A DNA stretch of 64,000 nucleotides, taken from the human T2T-CHM13v2.0 reference genome, Homo sapiens. Location: assembly GCF_009914755.1 (NCBI RefSeq), contig NC_060929.1; one strand, 5' to 3'. Shown in pieces: positions 37,087 through 50,556 of the stretch (positions are counted from its first letter, which is position 1; the number at the start of each line of letters is the position of its first letter). Made by a program: the position numbers and the translations under genes. Below the pieces are notes generated by a model. That model was not told the DNA's origin. It searched no databases and saw only the letters and a program-made list of their open reading frames with translations.

Positions 37087-37955
37087 GCAGCTATACCTTT
37101 CTAAAAGCATACAAGTTGTCTGGATTGGCTGAAGTGTGGAGTACAAAGGGAGGAGGAGTATTCTTAATAGTTTCTCCAGGATAGATTACTAAAGGCCTTG
37201 CATGCTTTGCTAAAGAACTTGAGGAGCATCAAAGAAGTTTAAGTTGGGGTTGTACATGTCAGATAGTTTTCCCTTTAAAAAGGTCATCCCTGCCCCAATT
37301 TGGAAAATAGTTTTGTTGTTGGAGGGAGGAGCAAGACTATAGGCAGAGAAAAATCAAATCAAATAAAATAAAGAGGGCTAGAATGGGATGGAGAAAGAAT
37401 AGTTTGGGATAGAGAAACAATAGTTTTTCATTTTCCTGAAATGGGCAAGGAAATCAGAGGATCAGGTCTAGGGATGAAGATAATTGTCATTGTTGTGGTT
37501 AAAAGCTCAAAATATGGAAGAATATAGAAAAATTGTTAATAAACCTCTGTGGTCTCAGCATATAAAGTTTAACACCACCGTCCTGTGAGGATTTCATTAA
37601 ATTTTCAAACTAAAAATCATAGAACATTACAGATAGACCTGAATCTCCTTTATTCCAAACTTACAAACTTAGAGTTTTCCCTCTCCTTCTATCTTCAGTG
37701 GCTATCACTGTCATGGATTTGATGAATATCTTTTTGTTCAGTGTTTTTATATGTCTTCTACACACACACAAACACACACAAAGCTATATATATATGTATA
37801 TATATGATATATTTATTTTAAAATTAATATAGATTGTATACTATCTATATATTAAATTTCTAATATTATAGATTGTATAATTTAGTATTAGAAAATGAAA
37901 AAATCAAACTGCAGTATAATGCTAATAATATAAGTATAAATTTTTTATATTAACA

Positions 37956-37997
37956 CCTAACCCAAACCCTAATCCTGACCCTAACCCTAACCCTAAA
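37956..37997. repeat. Short interstitial telomere-like (CCCTAA)n tract, about 7 degenerate units
   Basis: cctaacccaaaccctaatcctgaccctaaccctaaccctaa. Confidence 0.85.
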
Positions 37998-38559
37998 TGT
38001 TATTTCTAAAAATTTGCATTTGTTATCAGTATTACACTGCAGTTTCTTTTTTATTTATCATACTTTTGAGATTTGTGTATAGTTGTAGTGTAGATCTAGA
38101 TCATTCTAGATGTTCTATTGTTTTCTGTTGTGTTAACAATTTCTATATTTTTACTCAACCTACTTGAATATGGTATGCTTTTTGCTATTCTTGTCTAGTT
38201 TACCATTCAAAGGTTTAATACATTTAGCAATGCCCAAAGTATTGCTAACCTTTCCCTCAAACAATAGAAGGTTCATAGACTTTATCAATAACATGATCTT
38301 TTCCCTCTGTTCCACGTTTTTGTTCACTGGTGTTTTCGCTCAATTTTGTTTTTAAGCCATATAGATATTATTATTAGCTATCGTCAGGTTATTGTTTCTT
38401 ACATCTTATTCCTACCTTCTGGATTCATTCCTTCTTGATGAAGTATTTTCTCCACTTCATCAAGAAGGAGGAGATTTAATTCTCCATGGATTTAAAAATA
38501 TCCATTCTAAGATACAGGTTTTTATATTTTACCATCTCTGTAGTTTAGATGAAACTTAT

Positions 38560-38890
38560 ACAATTCACAGCCTATCATAATTTAATTAGGAGCATTTTTT
38601 ATTGGTGTAACATATAATTTCTGACATCTTATATCCAGTGAAATATGATAGTTCACTTAGTAAAGTCTATGAGCAGAACAACTCTCAGACACTGTATGTA
38701 TAAAAGGTATCATTATTTCCCCTTCACTCATTAATTCTGAGCATGGAAGTTTAATTGACAATCATTTTCCCCTAGCACTTTGAAAACACTATTCCATTTG
38801 TTTCTAGTGTCTATTGATGCTGTCAGTATAATTGTCATTTCTTTGTAAGTAATTTATCTATTCTTTCACATAGCTTTTAAGATTGTTAAG
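38560..38890 (-). mobile_element. Ancient L1M fragment
   Basis: 'ttttccctagcactttgaaaacactattccatttgtttctag...tgtcagtataattgtcatttctttgtaag'. Confidence 0.6.
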
Positions 38891-41038
38891 ACATATATTC
38901 TGATTTTTTCATAAGCTTTAAAAATTTTTTTAAATCGTGGAGAGTTCCTGAGAAAGTAACAGAAAAAATTGGAGACTTCAAAAGTAGAGCAGTTCAGAAG
39001 ATGATCATGTCAAAAGATGTGGTTATCATAATGGTGGCTGTGTGATTAAGGAATTTGATCTTCAGGAGGTTAACAAAAAAGAGAAACTGGTGTAATGGCT
39101 GCAATGTCCAGGTGAACTCAGAAATTACCTGGAGGATGACAGGAGGTGTCATAAAGACAAATGCTGAAATAGTTTAAAATATTCAATGCATGAAGAGAAA
39201 ACTTTGAGAACTTGGCAAAATTAGGACCAAAGATAAAGGAAGGAAAAGGTTATGTAACTTTTTGATATGAGGCTCTAAGGAGCAGGTTTTCTCTTGTGGA
39301 TGAAGTAGTAATGACATCAGGCAACATGGAGAGAATTACAACAGTTTGACCATTCACTGACCTAGAAAGAATGTCTTAGCTGAGACACTTCTTAGTAAGA
39401 TTTTCTAATCCAAAATCTAACTTTTTTTTTGACTCTACATGGTTAAAACTTCCACTCGGACGAACTCAATCACCTAATTATTCCTGGTATCTTCTATGTC
39501 TTTAACTTAACTTTAAAACTGATATAATTATATAAGTTATTTTTAATTAGAAAGATTGTATTGAAAAAAGAGTTCAGCATATTTCATATTTCATAAAATT
39601 TGCATTTTTGTATTTTTATAAAATTCATATTTTTAATGTTTGTGTTTGGTTTGGGTTAGCTCGTTTTAAGGAGCTATCACTTTAATAATCTACTTTGAGC
39701 TCGCTATCCATGTAGAATACTTCAATTTCATTGCTGCTTTTATTTATTGCTTTGGGTACACTTACATTAATAATGGGGATCTGTGTTATAACAAGAGACA
39801 AGACAAATGCAACTTATTAAATACTGTTGTATTTCTAAACTTTCTTTTGCTTTTGTCTCTCAAGGAGTTTCCCAAATTCAACTTTGGAAAACTGATTACC
39901 TAATATAGAGATAACTTTATCTACTAAAGAAAAGATTCTACCCATGACTCCATTTGTTCCCGAGTCACTGGTGACTGGCAGAGGTACAGGCTTGTGGTCT
40001 GTGAATACACTTTCTACCAAGTATATTTCTTTTCTTATTAGTGACAGAAATTCTGTTGCACACAATTTTCGAGAACAAATTACTTTCACCTACTTTCATA
40101 ATCTGGTGAAGCATGTACTCCCACTTCTTGATCTTAGCATAACATTGAATGGGCCTGGCTGCTGAATCTGAACGGATGCTCAGATTCCAAAGCACCAAAA
40201 AATTATATTAATAGTTGCATCTGAAGTATCATCAGTGGCACATTCTCCAGGTCTAGCCTTTAACTCTTGAGCCAACTCCTAGGTAATTCCCTGAATTAAT
40301 ATTAAGAGTATCCAAAACACATGTTGAACATCCAATCTCTCAAATATATATTTTTTATAGATCGCACTTAATTCTCTCTTGCAAATTGTATTCAATCACA
40401 AAGGCACAGCTCTTTAGCTTTTGTCCTTTATTAGTATATCTTCCCTGGAAAAATGTATCCTATACAAATTTGTGATCTTCTACCCGCTATAACTTAAAAA
40501 GATTTCTTTATTTTCTCCATGGTAATCACATTTTCTGTATGTCCTTTTATTAGCATTTTCAACCTATTTCTTTGCACATATTAAACATACAGGTAAGTCA
40601 AAAGTCAGAAATAAGCACCAAGACAGGAAATGCAATGTAGATGAAAGAAAAAAATGATGTAAGACACTACATGTCCCTACATGAAAGCCAATGCCATTTG
40701 TTTGAATTAGATAGAGTTAGGTACTTTTGCTCAGGATCATAGTTTGGAAGTTTGAGGATCTTTACAGTTTTAGACGCAAGCTTCACTGAAATAAAACTGG
40801 ATACACAGATATATATTTCAGCCTTTTAGTCTGGGCAATGAAAAGTAGATGGTGCACAATGAGTCTCTATGCCAAATATCTTTCTTCTCTTGACTTTTTG
40901 CTGATGTGTTGCAAGCATTTGTGATTCTTTATGTGTATGTATGTGCATTCATGTACATAAACTTGTCTGCTAGTTATTACCCTGAAATCTAAAAATTTAT
41001 ATTGTATTGTTGCTCAGAATTATGAGAATAATATGTCT

Positions 41039-41812
41039 TGACACAAACAAATGGAAAAACATTCCATGCTCATGGATTGGAAAAAATCAATATTGCTAAA
41101 ATGGTTATACTGCCCAAAGGAATCTACAGTTTCAATACTATTCCTGTCGAACTACCAATGTCATTTTTCACAGAATTAGAAAAAACTTTTCGAAAATTTA
41201 TATGGAACCTAAAATGAGCCTGAATAGCTAAAGCAATCTTAACCAAAAAGAACAAAGTCTGAGGTATTACATTACCTGACTTCAAACTATACTATAAGGC
41301 TTTAGTAAACAAGACAGCATGGTCCTGGTACTAAAACAGACACATAGATCAATGGAACCCAGAACAGAGAACTCACAAATAAAGCCACACACCTACAACC
41401 ATCTCATCTTTAACAAAATTGACAAAAATAAGCAATGGGGAAAGAACATCTTGCTGAATAAATGGTGCTGGAATAACTGGCTAGCTGTATGCAGAAGAAT
41501 GAAACTGGACCCTTAACATTCACCATATACAAAAATTAACCCAAGATGGATTAAGGACATAAATGTAACTCCTCAAACTATAAAAAATTCTAGAAAAAAA
41601 TGTAGAAAATACCCTTCTTGACATCAGCTTTTGCAAAGAATTTATATCTAAGTCCTCAAAAGCAATTGCAACAAAAACAAAAATTGATGAGTAGGACCAC
41701 TACCTCAGTGACTAGACCATTCCTACCCCAAACTTTGGCGTCATGCAATATATCCATGTCATAAACCTGAACATGTACCACCTGGATCTAAAATAAAAGT
41801 TGAAATTTTAAA
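41039..41812 (+). mobile_element. L1 (L1PA15/16 or L1PB-like) ORF2 fragment joined directly to 3' terminus
   Basis: 'gacacaaacaaatggaaaaacattccatgctcatggattgg' ORF2; junction at ~41698 to 'ccccaaactttggcgtcatgcaatatatccatgt...ctaaaataaaagttgaaatt'. Confidence 0.9.
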
Positions 41813-42140
41813 CAGACATCTTTATTGTAGATCATTTGCAAATATAAAACCCAAAGAAAGAGAAATAGAATTCTAATACTCAGGGATAAGGTTGTTAAAA
41901 TATTTGTGTATAAATTTGGCAATAAGAAGGATCTTTTAAGACTGTTTTTCACTATTTTATTATCTTTAGTAATACCATTAAGTATTTGCTCCTGTCATTA
42001 ACTTTTTTTTCTAAACTGTTTTGTTATGTACTTTGTATACTATATATGATGGATCATATGTTTTTCTTTTCTTTTTCCTTCTCTATTAAGATATTCTGGT
42101 ACCAGAAGGTACAATTGAAGACTCCCAGTAGGATAGGTTA

Positions 42141-42228
42141 TACAAAACTCCATGTCTAGTTTCCTTTATATAATTCCCATACTATACAAAACTACATGTC
42201 TAGTTTCCTTTATATAATTCCCATACTA
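42141..42228. repeat. 44-bp tandem duplication (1 mismatch)
   Basis: tacaaaact[c/a]catgtctagtttcctttatataattcccatacta x2. Confidence 0.97.
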
Positions 42229-42613
42229 CCTAACACAAGTTATTCAATATCATCCAAAATTGTTTTAATGATTATGATACTCTTACTTGTATTCTTTCTA
42301 ACACAATGAAAATGAGATCCTCAATTCCGCTCAAACAAAATGTGTCTAATTATCTTTGCAAACTTCATGTTAGTGTTGAAAAACTAAATTTCTCCAAGAC
42401 ATTTTAAGGTCAAAGTTATCAATTTTAAAGTTACAACTTTTATTGAGACTTTGAAGTTCATTTCTTTCAATGAACTGAATTTTTTCAAAATTACTGAAAA
42501 TATGGCAATAATTAATAACGTTGTAATGAAATTTGTAATTTTTGAAACCTCCCCAATTGCTTTTTTCTGGCAAGTGTGACTTCCATGATAAGAAGCAAAA
42601 TATTGTGAAAGAC

Positions 42614-43093
42614 CAGTGTGGCAGCCGTGGCTGTGCAGTGCTCAGGATTGCCCATAATAAAGAACCTGCTGTGAGGACTTAGTGGACAGCGTCCAGCTGC
42701 CACATCTTTAGGATCCACTGCAGCATTCATAAAGGCCCTACTATAACTGAATCTCTATCAGTTAATGACACAGCACTGTAGTGAAGCTAGTGTCCAGGTT
42801 TCGTTGGCCAACTCAGCACCCAACTAATGCTCAACTTTTGCTCTGGGGCTCCCCATTGGCTTGGCCAAGAATCTCCTAGAGTTGTACAGCAGTCTGGGGC
42901 TCCTGTTATTTAAGCTGTTTCTGTCTTCCCAATCTTCCATCATAGGTGTTAGACCTGCATCCTGGTCTGAAAGCCTTCCCTGCCTGCTTTCCTGTTCACT
43001 CAGCTTTATCTTTCACAGAAAATTCCCCCAATGAATTACTTGTGTTTCTTATTCTGTCTTGGTATCTGCTTCTAGAGGACCCAAACTGATACA
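42614..43093 (+). mobile_element. ERVL solo LTR, LTR16-like
   Basis: 'tgtggcagccgtgg...agctgccacatctttaggatccactgcagcatt...tctgcttctagaggacccaaactgataca'. Confidence 0.75.
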
Positions 43094-44289
43094 GTTTTTA
43101 TGAACCTAAATGGTTGTTCATGATTACAGTAGTCTATTTGTTGAGGTGTATGGCCAATACTATTTAATACATTGTATTTATTATTTTGTATTCATTCAAA
43201 AACAATTGTTTCTGAGTATATAAAGCAAACACTAAGAAGAAATTATCATGATTCAAAGAATGACAAAAATTAACTTTATCTCATTAATAGACCTCACCAT
43301 AACAGTCAGTGAGAAATTCCTTCCAACTGCTAAAAAATGTTTTAAGCAGATGTTTCTTGCATTGTAACTTAGAAACTACCAATTTCAGGCTCCTGGATAA
43401 TGAACAGGAAACATGTTACACGCCTGAGGGCTAAGCATCAAGAATTCTGGTCACCACTGCAGTTGCCAACCTCTGAGAAGAGACATTAGGAAATCCCATT
43501 CACTGTACTCTCAAAATACTATTAATTCCAATGGTTTTGTGGTCAAGGAACTCCCATTTCCTGTTGACAATTTGAGGAGGCTGTAAAGATCTGGCAACAT
43601 AAAATGAGTTCTGTATGTAGCCAAATTACTACCATTTCAGTTCTTTGTAGGGTAAGAATACACTTCAAATGCATCCCCATTAAGACACGTTTTAAAATAC
43701 GTAAAGTCCATCAGGAATAGTTTTATTCATAAATGTGAAATATATTTCATTCATTACATTTAAAAAGAAGAGACAATCTACATGTAGCAAACAGAGACAA
43801 GGAATTAGAATGAGGAGAAACATATTAACTCTTTATAATAACTCTTAGTTCAAAGAGAAGGATAAACCAAGAGATGCTGAACAGACATGGTGCTTCAAAA
43901 ATCTGTTTTCAAACTATTGGTAGGGGAGCAGCAAAACCACTCTCTGGAAAACAAAAGGCAAGCTTGTTTACACTTGACATCTTCCTTTCCATTTTATCGA
44001 AGTCCAAAGATGCTCAGTCAATTACTTGCCATGCTCAAGTCAATCCTGCTTAGGTATTGATCCCTGTTGCTCACTAAATGAAAGCTTATAATTGAAGCAA
44101 ACTTTGTCCCTCAGTTATGAAGCTGTTGCTTTGTCCCTTTATTGTTTATATGTCCCTCCTGACCATGTCATCTCCTCTGTACCTTGTTGCATAAGATATT
44201 GCAGGAGAGATTGGGATAGATAATCTCCACTGTGTCTCCATGGAACATACACATTTTCCATAATAACACAGTACATTACAAATGTTTGC

Positions 44290-44410
44290 TATGAATCTGT
44301 CATCAGAGGCAGTGATATCCTTAAGAACAGGCAACTGTATTCAATTCAGTGTGGGTCCCCAGTGCCTTGCCTGGTTCCTGATCAGCACTTGATAAATGGT
44401 TGCTGCAATT
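44290..44410 (+). mobile_element. L2 3' end
   Basis: 'ccttaagaacaggcaactgtattc...tccccagtgcc...gcacttgataaatggttgctg'. Confidence 0.6.
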
Positions 44411-45334
44411 AAGAATCACCAAATACCACTTTTGAACCAGATGGCCTAGATAGTAAGCTCTCTTTTCTAGAGACTGTATTTCCAGCAAGTAATATAGTCT
44501 AATTAAGTAAGTTGTATTATAATCATGTTTTGAGATGTGCTTTCCAGCTCTAGGTCTGCATTTTGACCTACTATATTAACTTACTTATTGACTGTAACAG
44601 TGAGAGTCTTGCTGGTGCAATAGTGAGGGTGCTCTTGTGAGTACCTGACAGTAAATCAAACAGCAGAGTTCTGAATGTTTATGAGCTGACAGTAGTTTGG
44701 TGGCATATGCCTACACTGAGTAAATGCAGAGTAATTTATTTAAAAATAAGCTTTGAGAAAGAGTTGTTCAATATTACTTTTCACCTTTCTTATAATCTCA
44801 AAGTAGATTCTTATTTTTTTCATTCTGAAATTTCTTAGGAAATATATTTCAAATTAAGTGTTACATTACTTTGTAGAAGAAATTACCTTTGTTTCATGTG
44901 GTTAATATCTATGAAGCCCAAAATGTGAACAAAGAGCCTCAGATATCTGGAAAAATGACTTCCTTTCAAAGTTTTGAACTATAGTACTTCAATGTTTCAA
45001 GTTGATAAATTATGAGACAACTCCTTCTTTCAATATTTATATTAAAATCTTATAGCTGTCACCATGGAACAAAAAGACCCTTTAAGTAACATTTTTTCAA
45101 GAAGTCAGTGCCTAAGTTTGATGTTCACTTTCTTGCAAAGATAATAACTTTTGCTAATTTACAAACCATTTTCAGTAGACTATCTCCTGTCTAAAAAACT
45201 TCAATGTATTAAATATTTTCATTCAATTTCTGTGTCAAATTATTGCATGGAAATAAAAATATTTTAAAAACCAAAATTATCATGATCTGCTTATTTTCTC
45301 CATATATCTAATTTATAAATTATATGTTTATAAA

Positions 45335-45470
45335 TTTGCATTTTGTAGTTCTCATGATAAACCTATAAGATAAATATTATTATTTCTATTTTAATGTTGG
45401 AAAACTGATACTTAGATATTTAAGTGACTTGAACATCTTACAGGTTGTAAATAACAAAATTGAGATTGAT
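45335..45470 (-). mobile_element. MIR fragment
   Basis: 'tctcatgataaacctataagataaatattattatttctattttaatgttggaaaactgatacttaga'. Confidence 0.6.
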
Positions 45471-48414
45471 TTTATTATTTTATTTTTTTCAAAAGTGAAT
45501 GACCTCAACCCCTCTTGCTTAACAATTTGTGGTATAGTGTAAAACATATGGACTATGGACAGAAAAGTTTGAAGTTGGATCAGTAAGAATTGAACATTGA
45601 GTAAAAGTTTTAAAATACCTTTAATTGTTCAAAGACCAAAGATGGATTTTTGAAAAACAACATCAACTTAATACAATGTACATTTACTGTTACATGTAGA
45701 AGGACATGTGGATTATCACTGATAAACTAATATTCTGCTAATTTCTTTTTTGTTCAATTTTTTTTACAACTGTCTGTCCCTGATAGCTTTTGTTAAAACT
45801 ATGTGGCAATCCTAGTTGATCTGAACTGAAATAGAAAAGGTTCATGAGAAAATAAAAAGCTAGACCAACTAAAACACAGACTGAAATGAAAACAAGATCT
45901 TTTAGGAGAACGGTCAAAAAACAATGAATTGGTCCAAAATGTAGATAAAGGAAAGTTCATTTAAAAAAACTGATCAATAATGCAAAAGTTAGATGAAAAC
46001 AATTAAAATGTATTACTCTCATGGTAGTAAATATGAATTAAATATAAAAATTTGGGGACCATTATAGTGAAAGTTTGTTTCTTATTTAAACACTTTAAAT
46101 TAATCCAGTATTATTATTAATTTTAGCAATATAGGATTTGTTTTCTGCTCCAACCCAATCTGGAAGTATCTTTTTCTGCAAAAATAGAGGTGTTACAAAC
46201 ACTCCTTATCAATACAATTTAGACAGAACCCAGAGATGGTTTAGCAAGTTTCAGGGAGTCCATCTACAGCTACAGAGGGAAAACATAATTTCCCACCATA
46301 AAAAGTAGCAGCGAGCATAGTGCAGGGTGTTTTAGATAGAAGGAAAAAACCTCCTGGCAATATAATTGATAAAAATTATGCACTTAAAGTAACTTTTGAA
46401 CAGTTGCAAAAGCAAATACTGAATATCTTTTGTAAAGAGCATATGTGATCTGAAACCAAGAAGACAAATCCCAGCTACTGCTGCCCTGGGAGAAGAGCTG
46501 TATGAGGCACACAGAAGAGAATGAACATCACCCACATGCCTTTCATATATTTATAACTTCCCATTTCATGGTCAAAACCAAAAACATCTTGACAGTAGCT
46601 ACTGGAGTGGGTAACTTGACTTGGTGGGTTTCCCCGAGTCTGAAACTTTATGTCAATAGTTTGATGGCAGAGATACATGGTAGTGTCTCCTTTATAACCA
46701 AAGGGACTTGTTAAATAGATGCAATAAAAGCTTACAGAAATACATAAGGCATTATTAAGTCATGCATTTCTTATACGTAAAAACTTCTGATCTTATTGTT
46801 TATTTTAGAAACTTCATGCAAATGGGAAGAAATTGGGCTGAATGCATTCACATAGTATAAGATACTATTTAAAGAGAGAGGATAGGCAAACATGAAACTG
46901 AAATTTTCATAACAAAGAAAAAGATAAAAGAAAATAGTTACCCTTTGTTTAGTCTCTGTTAGAGAACAAATACTCATAATTAAACTGTAACTGGAATCAA
47001 AATGTAGTTTGGGATAAACAACCTAACTGGCCTCCAAGATAAATTACAGTACTCATTTCTCTATTGTTGGTTTGTTTTCTCCAGTTTCACCAGGAAGCAG
47101 GACTGTGGGGATTCTGTACTTGTATGTCACCACTAAGCAGCTTCTTTCATGCCAACAAGCTTAGTAACTTGTTTGAGTCTGGCCACTTGCACACCATCTG
47201 GAACTACTTCACATTCTTATTACAAAAAAGAGAAAGAGAAAAAAAGAATGCATGATGCTGCTGTGTTGCCTTTCATTTGTAGAGTTTGCTGGGCATCTTC
47301 CTGACTCAGGTGTTCATTCCTCCTGGAGTCACCCAACCAACCATAATATAGCTGACATTAGGTTCAACCACAGAATTAGTCCCTAGAAATATGTGAGTTC
47401 TGAATCTTGTGACATTCCTCTAGATTTCCAAGAAAAAAAATGTAGTTTTATTTTTAAACATTTAATTTTCAGTCTTTTGTGGGTTTCAATTTGTATTCCT
47501 CAATTTGCTGTAATTCTTCTGAAGATATAACCAATTTGTGAGGAAATCTGACCAAGGAAGTTTGTTCTAAAGGAGAAACAGCTTACATGGTATGTGTTTT
47601 GGCTTATAGTTTGCCATGGGTTGGGATGGAGTGTAGGTAGGGTGGGGGTGAGATAGGGAGAGGGTGAACAATGTGTCCATAGAGAGCTGAAGCTCTATTT
47701 TAATCAGGGATACCCCTTTCACCAAAATGTTTGTCGGTGCTCTACTAGTTATTCGTTTCTTAGGATAAACTAAAATGAAGAAACTAATAAAAAAGGTTCT
47801 TAGGTTAAAGCTTCATCTGTTTAAAATTTGTGGAAAACATATCTATTCATGACTTTATAAAATGCAAAAGTTTTAATACACACTTAATATTTTGATCTAT
47901 AACTAACATTGAATAGTTTAATACAGAAAAAGAAAACTTTTGATTATATAGTGCTTATAGTGTAAAGAAACCTCCAAGTACTCTCTTTGAAAATTATTAA
48001 CCTTAACTCTCCTGCCAGATTTTATGATTGTTTCATTTTCATACCGTTGCAAAGAAAAGAAGAGACCTTCTTTCTTGTTGACCTCCCTAGAGTAGGGGGT
48101 CAGTAATTAAGGCACACGTGCCAAACAGGACCCAAGGACTTATTTTCATTGGCATTCATGCTAGTAGACTCCTCTTGAGAGAATAATCACCAGCTGCATT
48201 TTGCAACATGTGAGAATGTGTGGGTGGAATAACCACTTCCCCACTTATCTTTTGCTAGTCTCAATATCACTATGCCCCACCTGGCTCACGAGAAGAACAG
48301 GTGCTACAAGCTAGGCTCACCACTTGTTTAAAGGATGTTAACCCCCAGCTGGGCCCACAGCCCGGTACTTGGTCCATTATCAGAATATGGGAGGTGTTGT
48401 AAAGTGAGAAAAAT

Positions 48415-48570
48415 AAAACCAGTATTTATTGAGCAGTTTATACCTGTGAGACAGTCTTTATAATCTTCAGAGAAGTTAAAGAACTTTTCCAGGATGACAG
48501 AGTCACAACAAGTTTGGGTGATTTGAACCTATAGCTTCTAATTCCAAAGTCTATTATAATTTCACTATAT
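48415..48570 (-). mobile_element. MIR fragment
   Basis: 'agtatttattgagc...cagagaagttaaagaacttttccagg...gatttgaacc...ttccaaagtc'. Confidence 0.6.
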
Positions 48571-48646
48571 ATATTTCCATGTCTTCCTAGAAGAAAACAG
48601 CTATTATTTTTCAGAAGAAATATCTTAAACTGTTATCCTCAGAAAG

Positions 48647-48885
48647 CAGTGTTCCAAAGGCTGATAATTTGTCACAAAAGAAGTGTGTTGTGATAAACTG
48701 TTTGGAGATCTGTGAGTTAAAATTCAATCTCTCCCCACATAGACTTCTTGGAGCCTTTAGTATGTAAAAATGCATTGAGAATCTTTGAGAGAGATCAGGA
48801 TGGCTAACTTATTTTCATGTGATGCATCTGTTAATACCTCCTTGAATCTGTATGCTACTGAATGGCATGGGAACTGCTTTGAAAT
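48647..48885. mobile_element. hAT-Charlie DNA transposon remnant (MER112-like)
   Basis: 'cagtgttccaaag...cttcttggagcctttagtatgtaaaaatgcattgagaatct...'. Confidence 0.45.
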
Positions 48886-50517
48886 GTCTAGGAAGTCCAT
48901 TCCACTTATCATGGGTGAAAAATGACTTTGTGCATTTGGATAATAATTATAAATGATATTAAAATAATCATTTGTGATATGAAAAAATAGAATAGAGAAA
49001 GATTATTTATCTATGCACTACAAAACTTATTAGTTGAGTTTGAGGTGACCTATTTATTTGATATTTGAATGTGACATCTTTATTTTCTCAACAAAATTTT
49101 AATTGGCAATGTGTTCTCATGGCAACAAAACTTATCACAATTCCAAACAAAGAATGAATGTGTAAGGACTAAAGAAAGCTTTTTGTGAATACTGTTCTAC
49201 TTGCAGGAAACTGTTAATTTATTATTAAAAGACAATTTTTAGTGCCTACAATAAGCCATCCATGGTAGTAGATGTAGAGAAGAACTTAACATGGCCTTTG
49301 AGGGCCTCATTGCCTAAATGGAGAAACAAGTTTACTACAACAAATAAAACAAGCTCCTTTTGAGAGAAAGTATCAGCCTATGTTCCCAAACTAGCCCATA
49401 TCAGCTGCCTATATTACATAGCCAATTCAATGGTAACATTATTCTTGTGGCCTGCTGAGGATTCAGTAGAAGTCAAAATTTGTCATGAGTTTTCTGTGTT
49501 TGAGGCAAAAAATATTCCTCGCTCCCAGTGTTCTTGGTCATTAATGATCTTTGTAAAAATTTTGATCAGCCAGCTATTGGTTTGTAGGCTTTTTGTACCC
49601 CACCCTGAAAGGTATAGGTGCTCCTTCATCTATCCCTGGGACCTGGGTGTGGATGAGGAGCCCAGCCTGTTGTACCTGATAGCTGGCTGCAGACTGTCCT
49701 CAGAGATCTTTGCTTAGGAACACTGGATCCCACTTCTGTTTTCTTATATTCTACTCTTCCCTCTGCTCCCTCATGAATTTGATTTTGTGGATACCCAGTG
49801 CCTTATTTGGTAATAATACCAAATACCCCTAATTTTTCTACTGTATTCTTTCTTACATGTCATTGCATGCTTTGTTTATGGCAGGGTAACCTGTACCAAC
49901 ACCCAGCTTACAGACACAAACCTATACACAGAGAACTAGGGAGGACTGAAAAAACCCTTAAGAAGAAAACCTTAACTCTGTCTGGAAGGTCAAGAAAATA
50001 TCAATGAGACCGTTTAAGCAGTCTTGGGAAATGAATGAGAATTGTGATAGGTAACACTGAGGGTGGTAGTTGGAAAGAAGACATTCTAGACTGAATGAAC
50101 ACCTTATGTAAAAACACACAGTGAGAGTGGTGAACAGCAAAACTGTTATATGACTAGAACATAGAATGTTAAGGTAGGATGTGGTTGAACATGCCAAAAA
50201 GTGTGCATAAACACATGGACATTAAATATCAAAAAGATTTTATATAGAAGTAACAAATCATATATAAATCTTAGTAATTTTACTCTGGCATTGACTTAGA
50301 GGGTACAAATTGAAGGTAGGTATGCCCTTATTTGAGAAATTATGTGAGTCTGAACTTAACAGTTGAACCAAGATTGTACTACAAACATTATGATGTAAAC
50401 ATTAGAAAACAGGATTTTTTTTTGCTTTGATCAAAATTGTATATTCAGCACCCAGAAGAGTACTTGGCACATAAATTGAATGACTGGATAGCCAGGAGAG
50501 TACTCATTATTTAGCTG

Positions 50518-50556
50518 GCCATCCATCCATCCATCCATCCACCCACCCATCTATTC
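50518..50556. repeat. (CCAT)n tetranucleotide repeat
   Basis: ccatccatccatccatccatccacccacccatct. Confidence 0.9.
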
